From the NCBI RefSeq assembly GCF_003991155.1, contig NZ_CP031293.1: a stretch of 64,000 nucleotides of DNA; one strand, 5' to 3'. The stretch is from Escherichia coli. Lineage in GTDB: Bacteria > Pseudomonadota > Gammaproteobacteria > Enterobacterales > Enterobacteriaceae. Position numbers and translations under genes: made by a program. The notes beneath the pieces are model-generated. The model saw only the letters and a program-made list of their open reading frames with translations. It was not told where the DNA came from and did no database searches. Within the stretch, counting starts at the first letter, position 1. Each line of letters opens with the position of its first letter. Below, piece after piece: positions 26,583 to 39,784 of the stretch.

Positions 26583-27419
26583 TTATTGCAGAAAACCATC
26601 CCGTCCCTGACGAATATCACGCGGTGACCAGTTAAACTCTCGGCGAAAAAGCGTCGAAAAGTGGTTACTGTCGCTGAATCCGCAGCGATAGGCGATGTCA
26701 GTAACGCTGGCCTCGCTGTGGCGTAGCAGATGTCGGGCTTTCATCAGTCGCAGGCGGTTCAGGTAACGCTGAGGCGTCAGTCCCGTTTGCTGCTTAAGCT
26801 GCCGATGTAGCGTACGCAGTGAAAGAGAAAATTGATCCGCCACGGCATCCCAATTCACCTCATCGGCAAAATGGTCCTCCAGCCAGGCCAGAAGCAAGTT
26901 GAGACGTGATGCGCTGTTTTCCAGGTTCTCCTGCAAACTGCTTTTACGCAGCAAGAGCAGTAATTGCATAAACAAGATCTCGCGACTGGCGGTCGAGGGT
27001 AAATCATTTTCCCCTTCCTGCTGTTCCATCTGTGCAACCAGCTGTCGCACCTGCTGCAATACGCTGTGGTTAACGCGCCAGTGAGACGGATACTGCCCAT
27101 CCTGCTCTTGTGGCAGCAACTGATTCAGCCCGGCGAGAAACTGAAATCGATCCGGCGAGCGATACAGCACATTGGTCAGACACAGATTATCGGTATGTTC
27201 ATACAGATGCCGATCATGATCGCGTACGAAACAGACCGTTCCACCGGTGATGGTATAGGGCTGCCCATTAAACACATGAATACCCGTGCCATGTTCGACA
27301 ATCACAATTTCATGAAAATCATGATGATGTTCAGGAAAATCCGCCTGCGGGAGCCGGGGTTCTATCGCCACGGACGCGTTACCAGACGGAAAAAAATCCA
27401 CACTATGTAATACGGTCAT
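26583..27419 (-). CDS. rhaS: AraC-family transcriptional activator RhaS
   Basis: 278-aa [52 protein letters not shown]. Confidence 0.93.
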   Translation of the reverse strand: MTVLHSVDFFPSGNASVAIEPRLPQADFPEHHHDFHEIVIVEHGTGIHVFNGQPYTITGGTVCFVRDHDRHLYEHTDNLCLTNVLYRSPDRFQFLAGLNQLLPQEQDGQYPSHWRVNHSVLQQVRQLVAQMEQQEGENDLPSTASREILFMQLLLLLRKSSLQENLENSASRLNLLLAWLEDHFADEVNWDAVADQFSLSLRTLHRQLKQQTGLTPQRYLNRLRLMKARHLLRHSEASVTDIAYRCGFSDSNHFSTLFRREFNWSPRDIRQGRDGFLQ

Positions 27420-27559
27420 ACTGGCCTCCTGATGTCGTCAACACGGCGAAATAGTAATCACGAGGTCAGGTTCTTACCTTAAATTTTCGACGGAAAACCA
27501 CGTAAAAAACGTCGATTTTTCAAGATACAGCGTGAATTTTCAGGAAATGCGGTAAGCAT

Positions 27560-30432
<2,873 letters not shown>

Positions 30433-30437
30433 ACACT

Positions 30438-30655
30438 GCCGGATGCGGCACAAGTGCCTTATCCGGCCTACGGGTCGGCAATAGTTGTAGGCCTGATAAG
30501 ACGCGACAGCGTCGCATCAGGCATTGATTGCCGGATGCGGCACGAGCGCCATATCCGGCCTACGGGTCGGCAATAGTTGTAGGCCTGATAAGACGCGACA
30601 GCGTCGCATCAGGCATTGATTGCCGGATGCGGCACGAGTGCCTTATCCGGCCTAC
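30438..30655. repeat. Tandem REP/BIME array, ~2.4 copies of a 92-bp unit each containing two inverted REP palindromes
   Basis: gccggatgcggcac...ccggcctacgggtcggcaatagttgtaggcctgataagacgcgacagcgtcgcatcaggcattgatt repeated with period 92 nt (copies start 30438, 30530, 30622). Confidence 0.8.
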
Positions 30656-30708
30656 AGATCGTACATCCGGCAACAGGCACGGACGTCCAATTAACAGGAA
30701 CACAGAAC

Positions 30709-31533
30709 ATGCAAAACATTACCCAGTCCTGGTTTGTCCAGGGAATGATCAAAGCCACCACCGACGCCTGGCTGAAAGGCTGGGACGAGCGCAATGGTGG
30801 TAACCTGACGCTGCGCCTGGATGACGCCGATATCGCGCCTTATCACGGCAACTTTCATGCACAACCGCGCTATATCCCGCTCAGCCAGCCCATGCCTTTA
30901 CTGGCAAATACACCGTTTATTGTCACCGGCTCCGGCAAATTCTTCCGTAACGTCCAGCTTGATCCTGCGGCTAACTTAGGCGTCGTAAAAGTCGACAGCG
31001 ACGGCGCGGGCTACCATATTCTCTGGGGGTTAACCAACGAAGCCGTCCCGACATCCGAACTTCCGGCTCACTTTCTCTCTCATTGCGAGCGCATTAAAGC
31101 CACCAACGGTAAAGATCGGGTGATCATGCACTGCCATGCCACCAACCTGATCGCCCTTACCTACGTACTGGAAAACGACACCGCGGTCTTCACTCGCCAA
31201 CTGTGGGAAGGCAGCACCGAATGTCTGGTAGTGTTCCCGGATGGCGTCGGCATTTTGCCGTGGATGGTGCCCGGCACGGACGAAATCGGCCAGGCGACCG
31301 CACAGGAAATGCAAAAACATTCGCTGGTGTTGTGGCCCTTCCACGGCGTCTTCGGCAGCGGTCCGACACTGGATGAAACATTCGGTTTAATCGACACCGC
31401 AGAAAAATCAGCACAAGTATTAGTGAAGGTTTATTCGATGGGCGGCATGAAACAGACCATCAGTCGTGAAGAGCTGATAGCACTCGGCCAGCGTTTCGGC
31501 GTTACACCACTTGCCAGTGCGCTGGCGCTGTAA
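30709..31533 (+). CDS. rhaD: Rhamnulose-1-phosphate aldolase
   Basis: ORF track 30616..31533 trimmed to [39 protein letters not shown] (274 aa); the upstream extension lies inside the REP array. Confidence 0.95.
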   Translation: MQNITQSWFVQGMIKATTDAWLKGWDERNGGNLTLRLDDADIAPYHGNFHAQPRYIPLSQPMPLLANTPFIVTGSGKFFRNVQLDPAANLGVVKVDSDGAGYHILWGLTNEAVPTSELPAHFLSHCERIKATNGKDRVIMHCHATNLIALTYVLENDTAVFTRQLWEGSTECLVVFPDGVGILPWMVPGTDEIGQATAQEMQKHSLVLWPFHGVFGSGPTLDETFGLIDTAEKSAQVLVKVYSMGGMKQTISREELIALGQRFGVTPLASALAL

Positions 31534-31542
31534 GGAGCAAAT

Positions 31543-31857
31543 ATGATCCGCAAAGCCTTTGTCATGCAGGTTAACCCCGACGCCCACGAAGAGTATCAGC
31601 GTCGGCATAATCCCATCTGGCCGGAACTGGAAGCAGTGTTGAAATCTCACGGTGCACATAACTACGCCATTTACCTCGACAAAGCGCGTAATCTGCTGTT
31701 TGCCACGGTAGAGATTGAATCTGAAGAACGGTGGAATGCGGTAGCCAGTACTGATGTTTGCCAACGTTGGTGGAAATATATGACCGACGTTATGCCAGCT
31801 AACCCGGATAACAGCCCAGTCAGTAGCGAGCTGCATGAAGTGTTTTACCTGCCTTAA
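31543..31857 (+). CDS. rhaM: L-rhamnose mutarotase
   Basis: 104-aa [49 protein letters not shown]. Confidence 0.93.
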   Translation: MIRKAFVMQVNPDAHEEYQRRHNPIWPELEAVLKSHGAHNYAIYLDKARNLLFATVEIESEERWNAVASTDVCQRWWKYMTDVMPANPDNSPVSSELHEVFYLP

Positions 31858-31897
31858 TGAGTTGCGGTGCCGGAAAATATCCAGCACCGCGCCTTCA

Positions 31898-33292
31898 TCA
31901 GAAGAAGTATTTAAAGCGAACGCGTGCGCCGTAACGGTCATCAGTATCATCACCGTGTTTTTTATCACCGTCGCTATCCAGAATGGAGTAATACGTCCCG
32001 AGGTAAATATTAAAGTTCTCCATATCCATCACATTAGCGAACTGATAAGACGCATGAATGGTGTGAATGGTGTACGTCCCTTCATCATCAATCCAGCAGT
32101 CGTTATCACAAACTACACCGCTGAATTCATCAATCTTATTGTGCGCGTAGATATAACCCAGCTCGAAACGTTTCCACAGCGCGTTAATCCCGGCAGTGAA
32201 ATCTTTCTCATTATTAGCATCTAAATAGGCGGTATTAAGATTAACCACGACGCCATTTTCCGGATCCGTTTTCAGGCCATTCCAGGTCATGCTCATACCA
32301 TAGCCGGTACGATCGGACTGATCGACAAAATTACCCTTGCTATCGGTATAACCATAAGCATTATTTACCACGTTCGCTTCCATCGCTGCGGAAACGGTGA
32401 ATTCTTCTGTCGGCGACCAGGCAATTACCGGACGCAGATAAGCAACATTTTTCTGCTGCTCCATATCGCGTCCATGATAATTACCGTCATTATATAAAGA
32501 TGTTCCGTCTTCAAGTAACGTGTTTAATTCAAAATACCAGTTATCAAGTTGTTTGCTGACGAGGAAATTACCGCCAGCGTTAGAACGCCCGCGGCCCTCT
32601 TTCATCATATAGATATAACCGCTGCCATCGTCATAAAGATCGTTCGCAGTATTACCGGAATGTTCAACAAAGGTATCCTGATTCAGCGGGAACATATCGT
32701 AGGCTTCAAAACGGCCTACTTTGACCTTCCAGTCGTTTTCTTTGCCAAAGAAGAAAACCGCATCATCGATATTTACTGAACCGTGCATATCCCCCAGCGG
32801 TTGTGCGGAGAACCCGGCGAAATAGCCATTATCCAGTTTTCGCATACCATCAAAACCTAACAAAATACGACCATTGAGATTCCACTGTTCATTAGTGGGA
32901 TCGCTATTCACATCAGCGTTGGTCATTGCCAGCAGGCCATGATTACTTTCCGCATCCATATTAAATTCTACGTCGCCGTAGATTTTTAAATCGCCATAAC
33001 CTGAGAGCAAAAGATTAGGTGAGGTGGAATTTTTCTTTGCAGATTCCGCCGTTGCCTGTCCATTTACCGGCGTATTGCCCTGGGCAGCCTTAATTTCGCG
33101 GATCTCAGCGGCTTGTTGTGTCTGCAGCTGTTTAACCTGGCTCTCTGCTTTTGCTGCCCGCATTTCTGCCGCTTCCAGGCGTTCTTCCAGCAATGCCATG
33201 CGTTGTTCCAGCGTTAAATGCTGTGTTTTTGCCATTCCGGTACTACATGCCAATAATAAACCGATGGCTAAAGATAATGTCGATTTTTTCAT
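31898..33292 (-). CDS. Putative outer-membrane carbohydrate-selective porin (LamB/ScrY-like) with signal peptide, N-terminal coiled coil and C-terminal aromatic residue; strain-specific
   Basis: 464-aa ORF MKKSTLSLAIGLLLACSTGMA..., coiled-coil LEQRMALLEERLEAAEMRAAKAESQVKQLQ, beta-rich body rich in Y/G/N/D, ends ...RFKYFF; family assignment by resemblance only. Confidence 0.5.
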   Translation of the reverse strand: MKKSTLSLAIGLLLACSTGMAKTQHLTLEQRMALLEERLEAAEMRAAKAESQVKQLQTQQAAEIREIKAAQGNTPVNGQATAESAKKNSTSPNLLLSGYGDLKIYGDVEFNMDAESNHGLLAMTNADVNSDPTNEQWNLNGRILLGFDGMRKLDNGYFAGFSAQPLGDMHGSVNIDDAVFFFGKENDWKVKVGRFEAYDMFPLNQDTFVEHSGNTANDLYDDGSGYIYMMKEGRGRSNAGGNFLVSKQLDNWYFELNTLLEDGTSLYNDGNYHGRDMEQQKNVAYLRPVIAWSPTEEFTVSAAMEANVVNNAYGYTDSKGNFVDQSDRTGYGMSMTWNGLKTDPENGVVVNLNTAYLDANNEKDFTAGINALWKRFELGYIYAHNKIDEFSGVVCDNDCWIDDEGTYTIHTIHASYQFANVMDMENFNIYLGTYYSILDSDGDKKHGDDTDDRYGARVRFKYFF

Positions 33293-33768
33293 TATTTACG
33301 TTCCCTGAAATAAAAGAGACCCTACGCTTTCCAAAAGGAATACGTATATAGAGAAATATAAGGTGTGCACTTTCGAATTTTTAATCCAACTTCAGCAGGC
33401 CGATGGATAGTATCCTGCTGCATAATATGAGTAAATCCGCTGATTTCCTGGAACGTGAGGAATATAACAATAGTGCCGTTTTTAACCAAATATCGTAAAA
33501 AATATTAGATATAATTCACGCTGACTCATAAGCCACAAATATAAATAACCTTGCTGCAAAACATGTGCGGCAGTTAAACATTCACAACATCATTAAATAA
33601 TGATTTTTTATTCACGGCATTTATTTTTCCCATCAATATGTGCCTTACACTGCAAAATTTATCCTTCACTCTGCCTTATATTGTCACGACTTCACGACAT
33701 ATCCGCGCTCATCACAAAACCGCCCCGCCGTTACAATTAACTATAATATTTTTTCATGGAATCCAATA

Positions 33769-34215
33769 ATGGCAGCACTTACTGCAAGCTGTATTGACCT
33801 GAATATTCAGGGCAATGGCGCTTATTCCGTTCTGAAGCAGTTGGCGACAATGGCGTTACAAAACGGTTTTATCACCGACTCACACCAGTTCCTGCAAACC
33901 CTGCTGCTGCGCGAAAAAATGCACTCCACGGGATTTGGTTCCGGTGTCGCCGTGCCGCACGGTAAAAGCGCCTGCGTTAAACAACCGTTCGTGTTATTCG
34001 CCCGCAAAACGCAGGCCATTGACTGGCAGGCCAGCGATGGCGAAGACGTCAATTGCTGGATCTGCCTCGGCGTGCCACAAAGTGGCGAAGAGGAACAGGT
34101 CAAAATCATCGGCACGCTGTGCCGCAAAATTATCCACCAGGATTTTATCGACCAACTGCGACAGGGCGACGCCGACCAGGTGCTTGCTTTGTTAAATCAA
34201 ACCCTCAGCTCATAA
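33769..34215 (+). CDS. frvA: PTS fructose-like EIIA component FrvA
   Basis: ORF track 33640..34215 trimmed to MAALTASCIDLNIQGNGAYSVLKQLAT (148 aa). Confidence 0.88.
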   Translation: MAALTASCIDLNIQGNGAYSVLKQLATMALQNGFITDSHQFLQTLLLREKMHSTGFGSGVAVPHGKSACVKQPFVLFARKTQAIDWQASDGEDVNCWICLGVPQSGEEEQVKIIGTLCRKIIHQDFIDQLRQGDADQVLALLNQTLSS

Positions 34216-34219
34216 GGAC

Positions 34220-35677
34220 GTGGCGATGGAGTCATCCTTACGTATTGTCGCGATCACCAACTGCCCCGCCGGGATCGCTCACACCTACATGGTGGCGGAA
34301 GCCCTGGAACAGAAAGCCCGTTCTCTCGGTCATACCATTAAAGTTGAAACTCAAGGATCCAACGGCGTCGAAAACCGCTTATCCAGCGAAGAGATTGCCG
34401 CTGCCGATTACGTGATTCTCGCTACCGGGCGTGGCCTGAGCGGTGATGATCGCGCGCGATTTGCCGGGAAAAAGGTTTATGAGATTGCCATCTCCCAGGC
34501 GCTGAAAAATATCGACCAGATTTTCAGTGAATTACCGACAAACTCACAACTTTTTGCCGCAGATAGCGGCGTGAAGCTCGGCAAGCAGGAAGTGCAAAGT
34601 GGCAGCGTAATGAGCCATCTGATGGCGGGTGTTTCTGCGGCGCTGCCGTTTGTCATCGGTGGCGGTATCCTGGTGGCGCTTGCCAACATGCTGGTGCAGT
34701 TCGGTTTGCCGTATACCGATATGTCGAAAGGTGCGCCGTCGTTTACCTGGGTGGTTGAATCCATCGGTTATCTCGGCTTCACCTTTATGATCCCCATCAT
34801 GGGCGCTTATATTGCCTCGTCGATTGCCGATAAACCCGCTTTCGCTCCGGCGTTTCTGGTTTGCTATCTGGCGAATGACAAAGCCCTGCTCGGCACCCAG
34901 TCTGGCGCGGGCTTCCTCGGCGCGGTGGTGCTGGGGCTGGCGATTGGCTATTTCGTCTTCTGGTTCCGTAAAGTGCGCCTTGGCAAAGCATTACAACCGC
35001 TGCTCGGTTCCATGCTGATCCCGTTCGTCACTCTGCTGGTTTTCGGCGTACTGACTTACTACGTTATCGGACCGGTGATGTCCGACCTCATGGGCGGGTT
35101 GCTGCACTTCCTGAACACCATTCCTCCGTCAATGAAGTTTGCGGCAGCGTTTTTGGTCGGTGCGATGCTGGCGTTCGATATGGGCGGCCCTATCAATAAA
35201 ACCGCCTGGTTCTTCTGCTTCTCACTGCTGGAAAAACACATTTACGACTGGTACGCCATCGTCGGCGTTGTCGCGCTGATGCCGCCCGTCGCGGCGGGTC
35301 TTGCGACGTTCATTGCGCCCAAACTGTTTACCCGACAGGAAAAAGAGGCTGCCAGTAGTGCCATTGTGGTCGGTGCCACGGTCGCGACCGAACCGGCTAT
35401 TCCTTACGCTCTGGCGGCACCACTGCCAATGATCACCGCCAATACGCTGGCGGGCGGCATTACCGGCGTGCTGGTGATCGCTTTCGGAATCAAACGACTG
35501 GCACCTGGTTTGGGTATCTTTGACCCGCTGATCGGCCTGATGTCACCGGTAGGTTCGTTTTATCTGGTGCTGGCGATTGGCCTCGCGCTGAACATTTCAT
35601 TCATTATCGTCCTGAAAGGATTATGGTTACGCCGCAAAGCCAAAGCTGCGCAACAGGAGCTTGTCCATGAACATTGA
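34220..35677 (+). CDS. frvB: PTS fructose-like EIIBC component FrvB
   Basis: 485-aa ORF; N-terminal EIIB Cys motif (ITNCPAGIAHTYM) and polytopic EIIC domain. Confidence 0.9.
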   Translation: MAMESSLRIVAITNCPAGIAHTYMVAEALEQKARSLGHTIKVETQGSNGVENRLSSEEIAAADYVILATGRGLSGDDRARFAGKKVYEIAISQALKNIDQIFSELPTNSQLFAADSGVKLGKQEVQSGSVMSHLMAGVSAALPFVIGGGILVALANMLVQFGLPYTDMSKGAPSFTWVVESIGYLGFTFMIPIMGAYIASSIADKPAFAPAFLVCYLANDKALLGTQSGAGFLGAVVLGLAIGYFVFWFRKVRLGKALQPLLGSMLIPFVTLLVFGVLTYYVIGPVMSDLMGGLLHFLNTIPPSMKFAAAFLVGAMLAFDMGGPINKTAWFFCFSLLEKHIYDWYAIVGVVALMPPVAAGLATFIAPKLFTRQEKEAASSAIVVGATVATEPAIPYALAAPLPMITANTLAGGITGVLVIAFGIKRLAPGLGIFDPLIGLMSPVGSFYLVLAIGLALNISFIIVLKGLWLRRKAKAAQQELVHEH

Positions 35678-36737
35678 GTTACTGCAACAGTTGTGCGAAG
35701 CCAGCGCCGTCAGCGGCGATGAACAGGAAGTTCGCGACATTCTGATAAACACGCTGGAACCCTGCGTGAATGAGATCACCTTCGATGGTCTGGGCAGCTT
35801 TGTTACCCGTAAGGGGAATAAAGGGCCGAAAGTTGCCGTTGTCGGGCATATGGATGAAGTCGGCTTTATGGTCACCCACATCGACGAGAGCGGTTTTCTG
35901 CGTTTTACCACCATTGGCGGCTGGTGGAATCAGTCGATGCTCAATCACCGGGTAACCATACGCACACACAAGGGAGTGAAAATCCCTGGTGTAATTGGCT
36001 CCGTCGCCCCACATGCGTTAACCGAAAAGCAAAAGCAACAACCGCTGTCATTTGATGAAATGTTCATTGATATTGGCGCGAACAGTCGCGAAGAGGTGGA
36101 AAAACGCGGCGTGGAAATTGGCGATTTTATTAGCCCGGAAGCCAATTTTGCCTGCTGGGGCGAAGATAAAGTGGTCGGCAAGGCGCTGGATAACCGCATC
36201 GGCTGCGCAATGATGGTCGAGCTACTACAGACAGTAAATAACCCCGAAATTACGCTTTATGGCGTTGGCAGTGTGGAAGAAGAAGTTGGGCTACGCGGGG
36301 CACAAACCTCGGCTGAACACATTAAACCGGATGTGGTGATCGTGCTGGATACCGCTGTCGCGGGCGATGTTCCAGGCATTGATAACATTAAATATCCGCT
36401 GAAACTGGGCCAGGGGCCGGGGCTGATGCTGTTTGACAAGCGCTACTTCCCCAACCAGAAACTGGTAGCTGCGTTAAAAAACTGTGCCGCACATAACGAT
36501 TTACCGCTGCAATGTTCCACCATGAAAACCGGAGCGACGGATGGCGGGCGCTACAACGTGATGGGCGGCGGGCGTCCAGTTGTCGCGCTGTGTCTGCCAA
36601 CGCGTTATCTGCACGCCAATAGCGGTATGATTTCAAAAGCCGATTACGATGCTCTGCTCACGTTGATAAGGGATTTTCTGACCACCTTAACCGCGGAGAA
36701 AGTCAACGCGTTTAGCCAGTTCCGTCAGGTGAGCTAA
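35667..36737 (+). CDS. frvX: M42-family aminopeptidase/endoglucanase-like protein FrvX
   Basis: ORF track 35661..36737; MNIELLQQLCEASAVSGDEQEVRDIL (356 aa from the second ATG). Confidence 0.88.
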   Translation: MNIELLQQLCEASAVSGDEQEVRDILINTLEPCVNEITFDGLGSFVTRKGNKGPKVAVVGHMDEVGFMVTHIDESGFLRFTTIGGWWNQSMLNHRVTIRTHKGVKIPGVIGSVAPHALTEKQKQQPLSFDEMFIDIGANSREEVEKRGVEIGDFISPEANFACWGEDKVVGKALDNRIGCAMMVELLQTVNNPEITLYGVGSVEEEVGLRGAQTSAEHIKPDVVIVLDTAVAGDVPGIDNIKYPLKLGQGPGLMLFDKRYFPNQKLVAALKNCAAHNDLPLQCSTMKTGATDGGRYNVMGGGRPVVALCLPTRYLHANSGMISKADYDALLTLIRDFLTTLTAEKVNAFSQFRQVS

Positions 36738-38485
36738 TGCTAAACGAACGCCAGTTAAAGATTGTCGATCTGCTGGAGCAACAGCCGCGCACGCCTGGCG
36801 AGCTGGCGCAACAGACTGGCGTTTCCGGCAGGACCATCCTGCGTGATATTGACTATCTCAACTTTACCCTCAACGGCAAAGCCCGCATCACTACCAGCGG
36901 CAGCGCGGGCTACCAACTGGAAATTTTTGAGCGTCGCAGCTTTTTTCAGTTGCTGCAAAAGCACGATAACGACGATCGGCTGCTGGCGCTGTTATTACTG
37001 AATACTTTCACTCCCCGTGCGCAACTCGCCTCGACGCTTAATTTGCCAGAAACGTGGGTAGCAGAGCGCCTGCCCCGCCTGAAACAGCGCTATGAACGCG
37101 GTTTTTGTCTCGCTAGTCGCCCTGGTTTGGGCCATTTCATTGATGAGACAGAAGAGAAACGCATTATTTTGCTGGCGAATCTTTTACGCAAAGATCCGTT
37201 TTTAATTCCGCTGTCGGGCGTAACACGAGACAATTTTCAACAATTAACCACCGCCTGCGAAAAGCAACGTCGCTGGCCGCTGATGCAAAGCGACTATCTC
37301 TCAAGCCTGATTCTGGCTATTTACGCGTTGCGTAATCAGCTTACTGACACATGGCCTGAATATCCCGGTGACGAGATAAAACAAATCGTTGAACAAAGCG
37401 GCATGTTTCTTGGTGATAACGCTGTAAGAACCCTGACAGGTTTGATAGAGAAACAGCATCAGCAAGCACAGGTAATTTCTGCCGATAATGTGCAGGGGTT
37501 GCTGCAAAGGGTGCCGGGCATCGCGTCATTGAATATTATTGATACGCAGCTGGTTGAGAATATTACCGGGCATTTATTACGTTGCCTTGCCGCACCAGTA
37601 TGGATTGCTGAGCACCGCCAAAGCAGCATGAATAACCTGAAAGTCGCCTGGCCTGCGGCCTTTGATATGAGTCTGCACTTTATTACGCTACTGCGTGAAC
37701 AGCTCGATATTCCCCTTTTCGACAGCGATCTGATCGGCTTGTATTTTGCCTGTGCGCTGGAGCGGCATCAAAACGAACGCCAGCCGATCATTTTGCTCTC
37801 TGATCAGAACGCGATTGCTACTATTAATCAGCTCGCCATTGAGCGCGATGTCCTGAATTGTCGGGTGATTATTGCCCGCAGCGTAAGCGAACTGGTTGCC
37901 ATTCGCGAAGAGATTGAGCCGTTATTGATCATTAATAACAGCCATTATTTACTGGATGACGCGGTCAATAATTGCATCATCGTAAAAAATATCATTACGG
38001 CTGCCGGTATCGAACAAATAAAACATTTTCTGGCGACGGCATTTATTCGCCAGCAACCGGAGCGTTTTTTCTCTGCCCCCGGAAGTTTTCATTATTCGAA
38101 TGTACGCGGTGAAAGCTGGCAACATATTACCCGGCAAATTTGTGCTCAATTAGTCGCACAACACCATATTACCGTCGATGAAGCGCAACGGATCATCGCC
38201 CGCGAAGGCGAAGGTGAAAACCTGATTGTTAATCGCCTCGCCATCCCACATTGCTGGAGCGAACAGGAGCGACGTTTTCGTGGATTTTTTATTACCCTCG
38301 CCCAATCAGTTGAGGTGAATAACGAAGTCATTAACCATGTTTTGATCGCCTGCGCCGCCGCCGATGCGCGTCATGAGCTAAAAATATTTAGCTATCTTGC
38401 CAGCGTATTGTGTCAGCATCCGGCAGAGGTTATTGCCGGGTTAACAGGATATGAGGCATTTATGGAGTTACTTCACAAGGGGTGA
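36737..38485 (+). CDS. frvR: Transcriptional regulator FrvR (HTH + PRD/EIIA-like domains)
   Basis: 582-aa ORF MLNERQLKIVDLLEQQPRTPGELAQQTGVSGRTILRDIDYLN. Confidence 0.88.
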   Translation: MLNERQLKIVDLLEQQPRTPGELAQQTGVSGRTILRDIDYLNFTLNGKARITTSGSAGYQLEIFERRSFFQLLQKHDNDDRLLALLLLNTFTPRAQLASTLNLPETWVAERLPRLKQRYERGFCLASRPGLGHFIDETEEKRIILLANLLRKDPFLIPLSGVTRDNFQQLTTACEKQRRWPLMQSDYLSSLILAIYALRNQLTDTWPEYPGDEIKQIVEQSGMFLGDNAVRTLTGLIEKQHQQAQVISADNVQGLLQRVPGIASLNIIDTQLVENITGHLLRCLAAPVWIAEHRQSSMNNLKVAWPAAFDMSLHFITLLREQLDIPLFDSDLIGLYFACALERHQNERQPIILLSDQNAIATINQLAIERDVLNCRVIIARSVSELVAIREEIEPLLIINNSHYLLDDAVNNCIIVKNIITAAGIEQIKHFLATAFIRQQPERFFSAPGSFHYSNVRGESWQHITRQICAQLVAQHHITVDEAQRIIAREGEGENLIVNRLAIPHCWSEQERRFRGFFITLAQSVEVNNEVINHVLIACAAADARHELKIFSYLASVLCQHPAEVIAGLTGYEAFMELLHKG

Positions 38486-38534
38486 ACTGTGTCGGATGCG
38501 CCGCATCCGACACTGCATTTATCATCAAAAACGT

Positions 38535-39590
38535 TTAACGCAGGCGATTATAATCATCGACCATTTCGTTGTACTCGCGTAATGCTCTCGGGAAAGAGTC
38601 TTCGACCATCCAGCTTGAGTTTGCGTCCTGAAGTTGCTCTTTATCCCAGTCAGAGTACGGGACTTTATCTCTGATGCGGCGAACGTATTTTTTAGCCTCG
38701 AGTTGATACTGGCCTGCCGAATTAATAAACGAGAAATTCATGCCGCCTTTATCCGCTTCTTTGGCCTGCGCCACCAGCGTTTCCAGTTCAGAGACTTTCT
38801 TCATTGCCGCATCAACATCAAACTTCTCTTGCGAAATCAGGTTATTAATTTGTTTCGCTGAAATCATGACTGCCAGAGAGTAGTAGTGGAATGTTTTCCC
38901 TTCTCTTTCTTCAATATTTTTCAATTCCGCAAGCTGACGCTTATCATTAATTTCCTGGATCGCCGCATGATAAGATTCGGCTACAGGTTCAAAGGCTTCC
39001 AGATTTTTTAAGAATGTCTGGTGCAGCGTTTTCCCTTTCGCAAAAGCATCGTCTTTATAATTTTCCTGGGTGTAATATTTATCCATTTCGTTAATGGTAT
39101 TACCCAACGCCACGGCAGCATCGATATAACTCACCGCTACGCCATCAATAGGTTGCAGCGCAGGCGTTAACGCCACAGCACTTTTTACGCCTTTTTCACA
39201 CTCAGCGAGGCTGGATTCACTAATGCCGTAGATGCCATAAACAGTACTCTCTTTACCGGTAGGCCCCTGTTTAAAATCTTTCAGCCAGTCAGCATAACGC
39301 GCCAGACTGCGCTGTACCGGGATCTGTAACTTGTTGTAGCACTTGATATAGACATCCATTTTTTCGTCGAAAACCGCTTGTTCATCGACCACCGGTTGGG
39401 CAGGCGTTTCAGGTTTAACTTCTGCTTTTGCAACGGGAGCTTCAGCAGGTTTCGCTTCAGGAGCTGGTGCGGCAGGTTGACTATTGGCAGGCGGGGGCGT
39501 TTCTGTTTCGGCTTTTTTATCATCACAACCCGTGAGACCGAGGGCCATGATGGCGACTATAATAGCGGAAGATAATAAATTCCTTTTCAT
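38535..39590 (-). CDS. yiiG: Lipoprotein YiiG (DUF3829)
   Basis: 351-aa ORF with lipobox LTGC and Pro/Ala-rich linker. Confidence 0.85.
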   Translation of the reverse strand: MKRNLLSSAIIVAIMALGLTGCDDKKAETETPPPANSQPAAPAPEAKPAEAPVAKAEVKPETPAQPVVDEQAVFDEKMDVYIKCYNKLQIPVQRSLARYADWLKDFKQGPTGKESTVYGIYGISESSLAECEKGVKSAVALTPALQPIDGVAVSYIDAAVALGNTINEMDKYYTQENYKDDAFAKGKTLHQTFLKNLEAFEPVAESYHAAIQEINDKRQLAELKNIEEREGKTFHYYSLAVMISAKQINNLISQEKFDVDAAMKKVSELETLVAQAKEADKGGMNFSFINSAGQYQLEAKKYVRRIRDKVPYSDWDKEQLQDANSSWMVEDSFPRALREYNEMVDDYNRLR

Positions 39591-39784
39591 TTAATTGCCT
39601 TATAAATATTTAGATAAGAGAGATAATATTTTAAATGAAAAAATGATCCGTCACTATACACATTTTGCTTATAAACAAACCGAAATCATTCACACTCCGA
39701 ATAATTCCTGCGACTTAAAATATAAATCGCAGGAAGCGATTTTAATTACCCGCTCTACCACTGGCGCAGGATATAAACTCTCAC

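Noticed and set aside
30438-30655. Possible CRISPR array, given regularly spaced repeats at 30438..30655, 15209..15307 and 20292..20367
   Set aside because: The repeats are canonical REP palindromes arranged head-to-head or in tandem with no unique spacers and no cas genes nearby; these are BIME elements, not CRISPR.
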